Source: a virus (Duplodnaviria; Caudoviricetes). Taken from it: DNA of 64,000 nt. Location of the stretch: positions 32,001 to 96,000 of IMG/VR virus record IMGVR_UViG_3300038499_000016; one strand, given 5' to 3'. The number at the start of each line of letters is the position of its first letter. Position 1 is the stretch's first letter. A model generated the notes under the pieces. It saw only the letters and a program-made list of their open reading frames with translations. It ran no database searches and was not told the origin of the DNA. A program made the translations under genes and the position numbers. Positions 1 to 10,526 of this stretch are shown piece by piece.

Positions 1-137
1 TGCAGATTTCTGAACCCATCGAATAGAAAACCAAAACCATGCATCTTGGCAAGGGCATAGCAGTATAGCTGATATTGAACCAAAGCTCCCAGCCCTTCCG
101 TTGATCCACCATTACTATTAGTCTTCAAATAGACCAT
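1..137 (-). CDS. Partial CDS (runs off the window start); possible glycosyltransferase-like protein
   Basis: ATG at 137 downstream of AAGGAG; open frame MVYLKTNSNGGSTEGLGALVQYQLYCYALAK... to the window edge; continues the operon. Confidence 0.5.
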   Translation of the reverse strand, partial: MVYLKTNSNGGSTEGLGALVQYQLYCYALAKMHGFGFLFDGFRNL

Positions 138-152
138 AACCGCCGCTGCTCC

Positions 153-1064
153 TTAAAACATTGACCTATAGGTTTTATAGAAATTCCGAGTTTCCTCTGA
201 GACGAACGGAAGATCCAAAGATGCTTTTCCCTTCACAAAATTAAGCGTGTTTCGATAACCGATGGTTTCGTTTTCAAGATTCTTAATCAAGTCTTGTTCA
301 TTCCTCGCCTGATAGACAGAAGCCCTGTTGAATATCAGACTATTGGGGAATCTATTCTGTAGAATATATCCACCCCAGATATCATCCATTCTTCCAGCAT
401 AAGGAAGAACAGTATAGTACGGAATGACTTCTCGAGCCAAGAAAGTATTCTGACTATTGAATGGGGCTATTGTATTGAAGAAATAAGGATGAGTCACATT
501 GAACTTCACGGTCTCATTCTGGGTCAATCGGGCCATGGCATCTATATCTGGATCCCCATCCCATAAATCGGCTTGAATCAAAGGAGTTATAGTCTTTTTA
601 CCACTATATGTGACTTCATGTCGTCTTTTTATTAGTTCAAGAGGATACCCTCTGTGCCACAACTGTTTCACATTAGTAACAGCCAAGGGATCCGCAACCA
701 GCAGCTCTGTCTCATAGTAGTCACAGACTGTTGGGACGCCTATGCAGAGATCCTCACCCCAACCTTCATAAGGAATATTATCATCATCAACAGTAGCAAT
801 GATATCCGCTTTGAGTTCGTGATAGGCGTAGACGAATCCAATATTTCGTCTCATTATCTTGTTCCATCCGATCGCGGCACTCAAATCCCCATATCTACGG
901 GTCTGTTCCTCGGGCGTCAGATAAACACAATTCATTCCACAATATTCAGAATGCGGAGTTTTCAGGTCTCCCACAATAACCAGGGACCATCCATTCATTT
1001 TACTAAATATTTTTGTGGCTTTGGACGGTGGGTAGATAGTAGTTGTAACGATCACCTTATTCAT
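153..1064 (-). CDS. STELLO/DUF288-like GT-A glycosyltransferase-related protein
   Basis: IVTTTIYPP, VIVGDLKTP, RRNIG, DDDN, NSQNT, RMDDIW motifs; start moved to ATG 1064, which forms an ATGA overlap with the upstream stop. Confidence 0.72.
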   Translation of the reverse strand: MNKVIVTTTIYPPSKATKIFSKMNGWSLVIVGDLKTPHSEYCGMNCVYLTPEEQTRRYGDLSAAIGWNKIMRRNIGFVYAYHELKADIIATVDDDNIPYEGWGEDLCIGVPTVCDYYETELLVADPLAVTNVKQLWHRGYPLELIKRRHEVTYSGKKTITPLIQADLWDGDPDIDAMARLTQNETVKFNVTHPYFFNTIAPFNSQNTFLAREVIPYYTVLPYAGRMDDIWGGYILQNRFPNSLIFNRASVYQARNEQDLIKNLENETIGYRNTLNFVKGKASLDLPFVSEETRNFYKTYRSMF

Positions 1065-2362
1065 ATGCGGTAGATTTCCTTTGCGGTCAAATCCCAACGA
1101 TACTTCTGAATCTGGTCCCTTGTATCGTCTGACAGATCTTGCATCAATAGGATTCTCAGGAATTCTGTAGGAAACTTGTACCTAACAGCGAAATACCACC
1201 ACTTATGGAGATTGTTGATCTCTTTCCTGTTCTGAATTCTGAGAGGAGTAGTCTCATAAAAATTCAAACAATCATCATCAGGATTCAAGAGCCCTCTATC
1301 TAGACAGTGCTTCCAGATATCCGTTCCGTAAAAAGGCTGCAGAATTGCTACCCAAGAGTCCGTCGGATTCAAATATCTATTGAACTCGAACGTCTCCAGA
1401 GCATCTCCTAACGGGTCATCTACTGGCAATCCAATGATATTCTGAAGCCTAACTTTTATTCCAACGCCCTCTAGACTCCGTGTAGCATCTTCCACCTGCT
1501 TATTGCTAATATTACCCCTTCGCAGCATTCTCTGAGTTTGGGGATTGGCTGATTCTAAAGCAATATTTAGAAAGATACAACCTGCGTTTTTCAAATTAAG
1601 AACCAACTCTGGGTCCAAGTTGTTTGCTCTCACCGATCCGCAGAAGGGTAATCCGATCTGACTTTGGTATAAAGAGAGAAACGTCAATAGCCAATCACGG
1701 TCGGTCGCCAGATCGTCATCATTGAAATACACAGTTCTTAAAGGATAACTATCCCTCACATGACCTATTTCAGCGACCATTTTAGCAGGAGATCTTCTCT
1801 GAAAGAACTTCGACTTCTGGTCAGAAAATATCTTGTGGTACACATGATTAAAACAATAGGTACAAGCATTGGGACAATCCCGACCTGCAATGAATCTCTT
1901 CATTCCTGCATTACCAAATTCCTCATATCGATAGAGGATGGATCGATCCGGCTCAGGTAGTGCTTCTACGTCAGGAAGAGTTCCTTTAATTACTTTACTG
2001 GATCCTCTATCCTCAAGAATATCAAGGACAGCTTTCTCTCCAGGCCCAATCACGACAAAATCAACGTCCGGATCACGTTCCCCTTGCTCTGGAAAAAAGG
2101 TGAAGTGAGGACCCCCCATTACAGACTTGAACTTGAATCTTGCCTTCAGTTCCTTATTTCTTTTCAGATACCACCTATGTTCTCCGCTCATCACGGAGTA
2201 CATCACAAAATCAACTGAATTATTTTCCAAATAGGCCTCAGCATTATCGACGTCATCTTGAATAAGCGTTACAGCATGCCCGCTTCTTCTCATAACTGCG
2301 GACAAGTACAGGATGCCTAGTTTATCAATCCTGAGCTTCTTTTCTACGAAGATTATTTTCAC
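1061..2362 (-). CDS. B12-binding radical SAM enzyme (class B methyltransferase-like)
   Basis: N-terminal LGILYLSA...GGPH.T...GPGE cobalamin-binding domain; CPNACTYC cluster motif; ESAN. Confidence 0.9.
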   Translation of the reverse strand: MKIIFVEKKLRIDKLGILYLSAVMRRSGHAVTLIQDDVDNAEAYLENNSVDFVMYSVMSGEHRWYLKRNKELKARFKFKSVMGGPHFTFFPEQGERDPDVDFVVIGPGEKAVLDILEDRGSSKVIKGTLPDVEALPEPDRSILYRYEEFGNAGMKRFIAGRDCPNACTYCFNHVYHKIFSDQKSKFFQRRSPAKMVAEIGHVRDSYPLRTVYFNDDDLATDRDWLLTFLSLYQSQIGLPFCGSVRANNLDPELVLNLKNAGCIFLNIALESANPQTQRMLRRGNISNKQVEDATRSLEGVGIKVRLQNIIGLPVDDPLGDALETFEFNRYLNPTDSWVAILQPFYGTDIWKHCLDRGLLNPDDDCLNFYETTPLRIQNRKEINNLHKWWYFAVRYKFPTEFLRILLMQDLSDDTRDQIQKYRWDLTAKEIYRI

Positions 2363-3432
2363 GATAGTCTATTTAAAGCATCGAGGACAACATTCTGCTG
2401 TTCTTCAGAGATGAACTCAGAAATTGGCAAAGACATCACTCTTTTAGAAAGAAAATCCGTCATGGGAAGTTCTTCATAAAAATCGACAAAGGGTTGTCTG
2501 TGACAAGGGACTGAATAATGGGTTCTACAATCCACCCCCATTCGCTTCATGTCTTCAACAGCTTTAAGATTATCTTTAACCGTCACAACAAAAAGATGAT
2601 AGGTGCTTATTGCATTGATGGGAGGATATAATACTCCTATATGATCCGGAAGATTATCTCGATAAAATTTAGCTCTTTTCTCTCTTTCATATATCCACCA
2701 ATCCAATAGCTTCAACTTATGAGAAAGGACTAACGCCTGTATCTCATCAAGTCTGGTGTTAGTTCCCAAAGAACTAAAAGTTTCTCTTCCGGTCTTTCCA
2801 AAATCCCTCAACAGCAAAAGACTCTTGTAGACATCTTCATTATCAGTTAAAATTGCCCCGCCATCTCCCAGAGCTCCGAGATTTTTGGTTGGAAAAAAAC
2901 TAAAGCACCCTGTATAACCAAAGGATCCCGTCTTCTTTCCTGCATAGGAGGCACCAGCAGCCTGGCAAGCATCTTCAATAACGGGAATACCATGACTATT
3001 TGCTACACCCATTATTTCGCCCATATTACATGGATGACCCATAAAATGAACAGGAATTACTGCCACAGTATTTTCATCTATCTTTTTTTCAAAATCTTTA
3101 GGATCCATTGTCCCTAATGAATTTACATCAACAAATTTAGGACGATACCCCGCTGCTAAAATTGCCATTACCGTAGCAGGAAAGGTAAAACTTACCGTAA
3201 GAACATCCCCATGTTTCACTTTTAAGGTTCTAAGGGACAGTATCAAGGCATCCGTCCCAGAGTTCACCCCCACACAGTAACGTGTCCCACAGTAACTGGC
3301 AAAAGATCGTTCAAATTCCTTCAAATGCCTGCCAAGAATGTATTGACCGGATTCAATCAAAGACCTCAACTCTGGCATGATCTCAGGAAGAAGATCTTTG
3401 TTATGCTTGGATACATCGATAAAGTCTATCAT
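2359..3432 (-). CDS. DegT/DnrJ/EryC1/StrS PLP-dependent sugar aminotransferase
   Basis: VNSGTDAL, IEDACQA, FSFFPTKNLGALGDGG. Confidence 0.95.
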   Translation of the reverse strand: MIDFIDVSKHNKDLLPEIMPELRSLIESGQYILGRHLKEFERSFASYCGTRYCVGVNSGTDALILSLRTLKVKHGDVLTVSFTFPATVMAILAAGYRPKFVDVNSLGTMDPKDFEKKIDENTVAVIPVHFMGHPCNMGEIMGVANSHGIPVIEDACQAAGASYAGKKTGSFGYTGCFSFFPTKNLGALGDGGAILTDNEDVYKSLLLLRDFGKTGRETFSSLGTNTRLDEIQALVLSHKLKLLDWWIYEREKRAKFYRDNLPDHIGVLYPPINAISTYHLFVVTVKDNLKAVEDMKRMGVDCRTHYSVPCHRQPFVDFYEELPMTDFLSKRVMSLPISEFISEEQQNVVLDALNRLS

Positions 3433-4001
3433 TTTTTACCTACGACTCCGTGACAGACATAAACACCCTTGGCATCGAATCCCAACACTTTCTTCATATC
3501 AACATCTAAAAATCTATCGTAAGATACTATAGTCATCCCTGCTTCTTCCAACAATAAATAATAGCCTCGTTTGCAGAATCTCCAATAATCTTCTCCCATA
3601 TGACCATCAGTGTAGGCATATGGTGTCCACACAAAAAGATGTCCCCCAGGTTCTATGGATTCAGAAAGATTCCGAATCATTGAGAAAGGATTCTTGCAAT
3701 GTTCTAGTATACTCATGCACAATATTGTATTGAATTTACCACTATATGGCAGACAAAAATCATGAACGATATCCGCTGTAGAGCGACGACCCATTTTTTC
3801 AACAAGGTTGTCTGAAAGATTGCTTATAGACACTCTATCAGCAATACCGTAAACAAATTCATGAAAATATCTCGGAGTAGACATGTCCAGTACATGTCCA
3901 GAAATGTACCCTCTATTTTTCCATAACCATTGTTCCTCATACGTCCCAACAAGACTCCCGCACCTTTCGTAATTCCCCACAAATGTTGATTCCTTATCCA
4001 T
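3429..4001 (-). CDS. Class I SAM-dependent methyltransferase
   Basis: FNTILCMSILEH...PGGHLFV...DYWRF pattern. Confidence 0.75.
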   Translation of the reverse strand: MDKESTFVGNYERCGSLVGTYEEQWLWKNRGYISGHVLDMSTPRYFHEFVYGIADRVSISNLSDNLVEKMGRRSTADIVHDFCLPYSGKFNTILCMSILEHCKNPFSMIRNLSESIEPGGHLFVWTPYAYTDGHMGEDYWRFCKRGYYLLLEEAGMTIVSYDRFLDVDMKKVLGFDAKGVYVCHGVVGKK

Positions 4002-4881
4002 CGATTAACCCCAAAGCCTCTTGATGGCATTGTTGAACGGATATTTTGTCTACATCATCTTTTCCAAAAAGATACTTCAATTTTTGATTATATCGACTTC
4101 TCCATACTTCATGTAGTCGAAAATACTCGTTCTGAGAAGCCAACAAATATACCGTAGGTGTTTCTGTAAGATAACCCAACATCACAGCCCCACACACAGT
4201 GGTAACCATACACGCGGACAGATTCAAACAAGCTATCTGAAGATCAACGAAATTTTCTGCATTACCAAAAAGTTTCCATAGACTAATACTTGTGCTGTTT
4301 AGAAAATTTGGTTTTGAAGGATACTCCGCCAATAACAAAATTGTGCAGTATCCTTCTGAATCAAATTTGCGTGCGATTTCTTCCCACTTAGATTCAGGCC
4401 ATGCATGTATTTTATTCTCAAGAAACAAATTTCTGCACAACAGAGAAACAATCGGCCGCCCTTTCGAAACGTCTTTAATTGTCTGTAAGGCTTGCTCACT
4501 CGCCGTCAATTTCTTAATCTTTTGAAAGTCTACTGATTTTTGTATTTGACTATGACCATGATCTCCGCCCAATATCAGTCCTTCATAATTCTGAGCCGGC
4601 CGTATGCGTACATCAGAATCTCTGGCATATCTTCCTGCATCTGGATGCAACACTATCCCAGTAGAATGGGCCATAAACGTGTTAGTGGAACTGTATATCG
4701 AATTAGTATCATGAGGCAGATAAATATCAGCAAAGTCATATAAACGGGATCGGCCATAATAAGAAGAAGCAATAGCCTCATGATTAGGGTATTTCTCTCG
4801 AATAGCCCTGCATTCCCCTATCCAATAGGATAACTCATAGCCAAATTCCCCAATCCACGGCCCAAAAAAAATGGTGCTCAT
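3994..4881 (-). CDS. Putative GT-B (GT9-like) glycosyltransferase
   Basis: FFGPWIGEFGYEL N-terminus, HAWPESKW, C-terminal SACMVTTVCGAVMLG..TETPTV; cluster context. Confidence 0.5.
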   Translation of the reverse strand: MSTIFFGPWIGEFGYELSYWIGECRAIREKYPNHEAIASSYYGRSRLYDFADIYLPHDTNSIYSSTNTFMAHSTGIVLHPDAGRYARDSDVRIRPAQNYEGLILGGDHGHSQIQKSVDFQKIKKLTASEQALQTIKDVSKGRPIVSLLCRNLFLENKIHAWPESKWEEIARKFDSEGYCTILLLAEYPSKPNFLNSTSISLWKLFGNAENFVDLQIACLNLSACMVTTVCGAVMLGYLTETPTVYLLASQNEYFRLHEVWRSRYNQKLKYLFGKDDVDKISVQQCHQEALGLIDG

Positions 4882-5855
4882 TTCAGGTGCATTTCTTTCA
4901 TGATCTTAATGTTAGAGTACACAGGATTCGTCATTGAATCCTCAAAGACTCCTTCTGCAAATTTATTCTTGAGGTCTCGCACGGCATCCTGTACCGTATG
5001 TCGTGTAGAAAATCCCAATACTTTTTGAATACTCTCTGAATTGATCCTATAAGACCTGGTATCGTCAGATTGAGTTGTGGTCAAAACTATCTTTTCCGGA
5101 AGCAATTCCCGGCATACCGTCTGAGCAATCTGACTGACAGTAAGATTTTCACCCCCTACATTAAAAACTCTCCCACGAATCAATTCCAAAGGTACTTGAA
5201 GCATCAACACATAAGCTCTGACCATATCCGCAATGTGTATGTTTGGACGGCCTTGATCCCCTCCATATACTTCAATCTTCTTATTCCGTATAGCTTGGTT
5301 CACAAAAATATTGACTACCAAATCAAATCTCTGTCTAGGGGAATATCCACAAACAGTTGCAGGTCTCAAAATAACCGGACTAAACGTGCTACTCATATGA
5401 GCTAAAAGTACCTTCTCGCACTCAGCCTTATACTTCGAATAGTCTGTTAGGGGTTCCAACAAAGAATCTTCTATTACCTCAGGCTCCTTCTTGATTCCAT
5501 ATACGCTACTGGAGGACGCATAAATGAACCTGCGGATGCCTGCCCTTACAGAAGCATCCACAAGAGGCTCAAAACAATCAAAATTGATACTCTTTCCCAG
5601 TTCAGGATCTAAATCAAAGCTAGGATCATTTGATATGCAGGCCAGATGAATGACCGCATCACAACCCTCTAAAGACGCCTTAACCATTAAAGGGTCCCTT
5701 ATATCCCCTTTTATCTTAATCAGGTTGGGATGGCCTGTAAGACGGTCTCCGTAGATAAATAGGTCTAGTACTCGTACTGTATGCCCCATAGCGATAAGCT
5801 CAGGCACTAGAACCGATCCGACATACCCAGCTCCCCCTGTCACTAAAATATTCAT
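4878..5855 (-). CDS. NAD-dependent NDP-sugar epimerase/dehydratase (extended SDR)
   Basis: GGAGYVG, ASSSSVYG, YSKYK catalytic motif. Confidence 0.95.
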   Translation of the reverse strand: MNILVTGGAGYVGSVLVPELIAMGHTVRVLDLFIYGDRLTGHPNLIKIKGDIRDPLMVKASLEGCDAVIHLACISNDPSFDLDPELGKSINFDCFEPLVDASVRAGIRRFIYASSSSVYGIKKEPEVIEDSLLEPLTDYSKYKAECEKVLLAHMSSTFSPVILRPATVCGYSPRQRFDLVVNIFVNQAIRNKKIEVYGGDQGRPNIHIADMVRAYVLMLQVPLELIRGRVFNVGGENLTVSQIAQTVCRELLPEKIVLTTTQSDDTRSYRINSESIQKVLGFSTRHTVQDAVRDLKNKFAEGVFEDSMTNPVYSNIKIMKEMHLK

Positions 5856-6517
5856 GTTGGCTCCGATATCAGTACGTTATAATGAACATCCCCAGGATAG
5901 TGAAGATCTTCAAGAAACCTGTCCCACCATTGAGGAGTTTCAATAACCGTATGGGTCTTGTCCCATTTTTTCATATAATCAAGTTCTAGAGGAGTCCGGC
6001 CACACTGTATCTCAAAAAAAAGTTTACCTCTCGAAACCCTAATGCATTCCCTTATAGACTTTTCCAAGACATTTCTTGGTATATGCGGCAAGACCTCTTT
6101 CACAATAACAAAATCAAAATTCCTATCCTCATATGGAAGATCGTCCATGCTTCCTTGGCACAAAAACTGTTTCACGTAGGGATGAGCCCTAGCTAAGGCA
6201 TATTCACTATAATCTAGGCCTCGAACCTCCAACCCCTGTTTAAAAAACTCCACAAGTAAAAAAGCTTTTGCACATCCTATCTCTAAAACAGACATCCCTT
6301 TCGTTAATCCATAATGACTAATCATTTTTTCCGCGACTTTTTGGTATCTCCCATCATACCTATATCCGCCATACCCTATACGTAGTTGTGGATTGTCAAA
6401 ATAATCCTCAGAAAAATTCATGTAGCTGTCCGTAAAATTGGCATCAGTGACCTGCTGAAGGATCTTCAATCTTTCCTCAGATCCGCGTTTTTTATGGTCA
6501 AAAAAATCAATGATCAT
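5852..6517 (-). CDS. Class I SAM-dependent methyltransferase
   Basis: VLEIGCAKAF, GLDYS, LPYEDRNFD. Confidence 0.9.
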   Translation of the reverse strand: MIIDFFDHKKRGSEERLKILQQVTDANFTDSYMNFSEDYFDNPQLRIGYGGYRYDGRYQKVAEKMISHYGLTKGMSVLEIGCAKAFLLVEFFKQGLEVRGLDYSEYALARAHPYVKQFLCQGSMDDLPYEDRNFDFVIVKEVLPHIPRNVLEKSIRECIRVSRGKLFFEIQCGRTPLELDYMKKWDKTHTVIETPQWWDRFLEDLHYPGDVHYNVLISEPT

Positions 6518-7296
6518 ATTTTTTTCAATACCCTAAGCTGTATTGGGGAATAGTTCAAAATAGGAGGAAAGTGCTTAAACATCTCGATGAAGGGATTGTT
6601 ATATTTCAGTTCTAAACGCCCCTCAATTAATGCCGGATACAAGATTCTAGCCCCATAATAGTACGTACTGAGAAAGTTTTCATCATTGCCTTCCAACAAA
6701 TCACTCTTGATAAATTTGTCACTAAGATATCGATCAAATTCATCGTCATCAAAAGGCTGACTCTGCCACGGAATAGGTATTTCTTCTACACCAACCACGT
6801 TCCTACTTTCATTGAGCATTTTCCAACCGGATTTGAAGGTCTCAATCAAGAGTAGAGTCCCGCCTATCTTCATAACACGACAGATCTCATCCAGAGCCCT
6901 CTTCTGATCCTCCCATGACACCAAGTTCATCAAACATCTTTCTGTGTACACAATATCGAATTCTTTCAAATTCTCAGGAATAAATTTAACGGATGCCGTT
7001 TCAAAGCAGACATTACTAAGAGAGGATCTCTGCTTACATAACCCTATCATGCTCTCATTCACATCAATGGCATAAAAAGATACCTCAGGAAACATTCGTG
7101 AAATAGTAGAGACTACATAACCATTCCCACATCCTACTTCAAGTATCCTTTTATTAGGCGCTATTGAAATATACTTACACAGGATTTTTATCTCTAAATC
7201 CCTCACCCCATTATCCGGCATGGTGCAGCTGGAAGCCATCCCCTTCTCAGATGATTCTTTCTCATACAGCCTATAAATATCCTTTTCGTTTATCAT
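6514..7296 (-). CDS. Class I SAM-dependent methyltransferase
   Basis: ILEVGCGNG, FDIVYTERCLMNL. Confidence 0.9.
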   Translation of the reverse strand: MINEKDIYRLYEKESSEKGMASSCTMPDNGVRDLEIKILCKYISIAPNKRILEVGCGNGYVVSTISRMFPEVSFYAIDVNESMIGLCKQRSSLSNVCFETASVKFIPENLKEFDIVYTERCLMNLVSWEDQKRALDEICRVMKIGGTLLLIETFKSGWKMLNESRNVVGVEEIPIPWQSQPFDDDEFDRYLSDKFIKSDLLEGNDENFLSTYYYGARILYPALIEGRLELKYNNPFIEMFKHFPPILNYSPIQLRVLKKI

Positions 7297-8123
7297 ATTT
7301 TTGGAATAAAAATTGGATACGTAGTTCTGTAAGTCTCTTCATCAAGTAGAATCAAAGGCTTTCCTTTTGATTCTACAATCCCACTGTGCCACAGCCGACC
7401 ATAAGATCCCCCTATGAATGCGTATCTCTTTTTTCTGTTGTCAATAATATAACCAGGCTCAAAAGGTACAAAATCAAGCGCTCTAGCATGTTTCCTGATA
7501 TCTGCCACTTTGCTTAAATCCTTCATAAGAGCAAGAGAGGATCTTTTCTTTATCGATTCATTTTCTACACTAATAGGAATGGCTTTCAAATCTCCTTTGG
7601 ATATTTTTTCCAAATTTCTTCTAAACACTATATCCGATACCATTTTTGTTCTTTCATACAGCTCTCTTGCGGTCTCGTCCTGATAAATAGGGAAAATTTC
7701 CTGGTCAATTATACTTCCACTATCGAGCTCTTCCCCTAATAACTGAAGAGTAGTTCCGTATGTAGGAGAGTCTTCTAAAATTGCATGAGAACATCCATTA
7801 CATCCTCTATAGTGTGGTAACGGTGATTCATGTAAATTAATTCCAAACCATTTTGCTTTTCTTATCAATTCAGGCTCTATGATATACCCATACATCAATG
7901 ACCATATAATGTCATAATCAATTTTCTTCAGTTCTTCCCGTTTCAACACAGGAATGTCGTAATGTCTTAGTAAGAATTCAAACTCATCAGAATCCCACCA
8001 AGCATTCCTGTACCCATACCTTGGAACTCCACCAACAATACCAAAAAGATTGGAGTGGAAAAGCATTTTAAGCCAAGAAACACCCTGAGGCTTTTCCCCC
8101 AACACTATTACTCTAGGCTTCAT
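7293..8123 (-). CDS. Formyltransferase (sugar N-formyltransferase/Fmt-like)
   Basis: NLHESPLPHYRG, GTTL...LDSG; start moved to MKPRVIVLG. Confidence 0.85.
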   Translation of the reverse strand: MKPRVIVLGEKPQGVSWLKMLFHSNLFGIVGGVPRYGYRNAWWDSDEFEFLLRHYDIPVLKREELKKIDYDIIWSLMYGYIIEPELIRKAKWFGINLHESPLPHYRGCNGCSHAILEDSPTYGTTLQLLGEELDSGSIIDQEIFPIYQDETARELYERTKMVSDIVFRRNLEKISKGDLKAIPISVENESIKKRSSLALMKDLSKVADIRKHARALDFVPFEPGYIIDNRKKRYAFIGGSYGRLWHSGIVESKGKPLILLDEETYRTTYPIFIPKI

Positions 8124-8931
8124 ACAACTTTTCGAAAAGGGTAAATACATCCTCCGAACTTAATGTCTCCAAAGATGTTACCTGTAGATAATGTTTAAGC
8201 CCAGAAACTTCGTCTGCTAAAGAAGGACCAAACAGCCCTAATACAGGGATCCCTAAAGCTATAGCAATATGTAGACCTAGACTGTCTGTTGAGATCATGA
8301 ACTCAGATCGTGAAATCTCATCTACAAAATCCTCAATAGCTATACTCTTTTGACTTTCAGTCTCTAATCCGATTGCCTCAATCTTATCTCGAAGACTTGC
8401 CCATCTATCCCATCTTTTTTCAGGAAGCTTAGGCCCTACTCCCTTATTCAAAAAAATAAGCCCTTTTTCCTTCTTTATAAGTCGATGGGGTAAGAGAAGA
8501 GGCTGATCATTCCACTTCTCTCCAAACAAAGAAAAAAGTTTCTCCGACCAGCTGTTTCCAGAATAAGGAGAACTGATATGTATTTCTTCCCTATCGTAGT
8601 AATATCCCACAAACTTTGAATGTGGTTGCATCAATTTTTTTGCTAACTGGCAAGCTCCACGAGAACTCTCAAGATTAACAATTCTATCCCACTGATAAGT
8701 TTCCAACCCAAGTACATCCAGAGTATTCACCAGATGTATTTTCGAGATCTCTTTAAGCCCATATAACAAAGGGACCGCTTTGATATCAGTAAGCCAATGT
8801 ACTTCTTGATCCCTAAATAAATGCAGAATAGGAGTAGTCCTCAAAACATCTCCAAAACTAACCGCAGCATATGTAAGATCTGGACGGAATGTTTCACAAT
8901 ATCCCGTCTTAATTATCAAAACCCTCTGCAT
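8113..8931 (-). CDS. GT9 (heptosyltransferase-like) glycosyltransferase
   Basis: GDVLRTTP, KRW, ISTDSLGLHIAIALGIPVLGLFGP. Confidence 0.82.
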   Translation of the reverse strand: MQRVLIIKTGYCETFRPDLTYAAVSFGDVLRTTPILHLFRDQEVHWLTDIKAVPLLYGLKEISKIHLVNTLDVLGLETYQWDRIVNLESSRGACQLAKKLMQPHSKFVGYYYDREEIHISSPYSGNSWSEKLFSLFGEKWNDQPLLLPHRLIKKEKGLIFLNKGVGPKLPEKRWDRWASLRDKIEAIGLETESQKSIAIEDFVDEISRSEFMISTDSLGLHIAIALGIPVLGLFGPSLADEVSGLKHYLQVTSLETLSSEDVFTLFEKLYEA

Positions 8932-9769
8932 TTTTTTCAATCTCCACAGAACAATAACCCCATTCCTGAAACCTATTGTTCTTAATCTTCACATCACACG
9001 GATTACACTTAGTTGGATAGGAGCACTTAACCCACACAGGACTCAGCGACGCAGGCGACTCCCTACGAATATCTATAATAGCATCCCTACCCGTATACAG
9101 GTCATAATGGCACTTGTAGACCCTTAAATCTGGACCAACTATTAAATCATTATTACGACACATCACTGAAACATCTTTGTCATAGTGATATTTAAACATA
9201 TCGGGACTGACGGATCTATCAAGATACTCTTTAAGTCTGAAATCTATTCTATATTGGGCGCACACCTCTCTTGTAGCTTTAATCTCTTCTGCCCATTTCG
9301 GATGATCCAGCATATATAAACCAATATTGTATCCACGCTCGACCAAGTACCTCATCCGATCAATGAGAATACTCCTTCCGACTTGCCCTACATGATAACT
9401 GACTCGTATAGAAGGGAATGGTGCCTTTCTATTGAACATTTCTGGAGGAACTTTATCTGAGAATTCCACGACATCAAAATTCAAATTGGTCATCAAATTA
9501 AAGGATTTGCCCTCTAAATTGACCCCTGAAATTATGTCATAAAATTCTGGATGTGTTGTAGGTTCACCACCCTGAAGGGTTATAGGCACGTCCCCAGAAA
9601 TGTTCAGAGAATTGAAAAAAGATATCCAATCAGATGCAGAGACCGTACGCTTACCACTTAATCCATCCAAACGCGTGATACAATAAGGGCAGCTAAGGTT
9701 GCATGAAAAAGTCAAAAAAACAGCTATATAGTTATACCCATCTATTTTCACGTGGTCACAACTCCACAT
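8909..9769 (-). CDS. Radical SAM protein with C-terminal SPASM/twitch-like cysteines
   Basis: CNLSCPYC, GGEPT, C-terminal C...C...C..CNPC. Confidence 0.85.
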   Translation of the reverse strand: MWSCDHVKIDGYNYIAVFLTFSCNLSCPYCITRLDGLSGKRTVSASDWISFFNSLNISGDVPITLQGGEPTTHPEFYDIISGVNLEGKSFNLMTNLNFDVVEFSDKVPPEMFNRKAPFPSIRVSYHVGQVGRSILIDRMRYLVERGYNIGLYMLDHPKWAEEIKATREVCAQYRIDFRLKEYLDRSVSPDMFKYHYDKDVSVMCRNNDLIVGPDLRVYKCHYDLYTGRDAIIDIRRESPASLSPVWVKCSYPTKCNPCDVKIKNNRFQEWGYCSVEIEKNAEGFDN

Positions 9770-10517
9770 AGGGCCATTTATTGATCCGGGAAGATCCGTA
9801 TCTCAAAAAAGTACCCTCGTATAGTCGGATATTATGTACAGCGGAAGGAGCCCGCCGGCCTGGAAGGCCTTCTTGTCTTTCTATATGCTCTATTGAATGC
9901 ACACAATGAAGAGTCGGAAGGACCTTCGTACAGTTGTACTTCTCTTTGATGTTGATCTCTGCATAGGTGTGTATCCAGTTATCCCAAGCATATCTACCCA
10001 TAATGAAATTAGGCATGGCATCAGCCATCTTAGCATAGAACTCTTTCGAAGCTATGAAAATATCTGCACTGGACATCTCATCATAAATTCGACGTTCCTC
10101 TCCCTGTATCCTTGCATAGCTCTCTGGCGAATCCACTTCATACGGCAGCTTAATCTGATATCGGGTTCCGGTCATGAAAATATCCGGCCCGTATTTAAGG
10201 ACTATCTGGGCTATCTTATCCGCGAAGTCTTCCAAAATAATGATATCAGAGTTTATGAAACCGACCAGCGGTGTGCTAATCTTTGGTAGGGCCTGTTTGA
10301 TGAGATCATTTATCAAAGGGGAAGATGTTTTGAATTTCAAATCTCGGCCGGTCTTCACGCCCTCAAGAGTTGTCAGACCTGCGTACGTATATAGTTCATC
10401 CGAAATCGCGTAGACAGGTACGGCATTAGCCCCCCAGGAGTATAGAGCGCTACGCTGAATAGGCCCAAACTCTTCATCGAATTTCTTCAGAGCGGTTATG
10501 AAAGATATACAGGACAC
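9756..10517 (-). CDS. Putative GT-A fold glycosyltransferase
   Basis: FINSDIII, GRYAWDNW, H..H motifs; cluster context. Confidence 0.55.
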   Translation of the reverse strand: MSCISFITALKKFDEEFGPIQRSALYSWGANAVPVYAISDELYTYAGLTTLEGVKTGRDLKFKTSSPLINDLIKQALPKISTPLVGFINSDIIILEDFADKIAQIVLKYGPDIFMTGTRYQIKLPYEVDSPESYARIQGEERRIYDEMSSADIFIASKEFYAKMADAMPNFIMGRYAWDNWIHTYAEINIKEKYNCTKVLPTLHCVHSIEHIERQEGLPGRRAPSAVHNIRLYEGTFLRYGSSRINKWPYVEL

Positions 10518-10526
10518 AGAATCACC

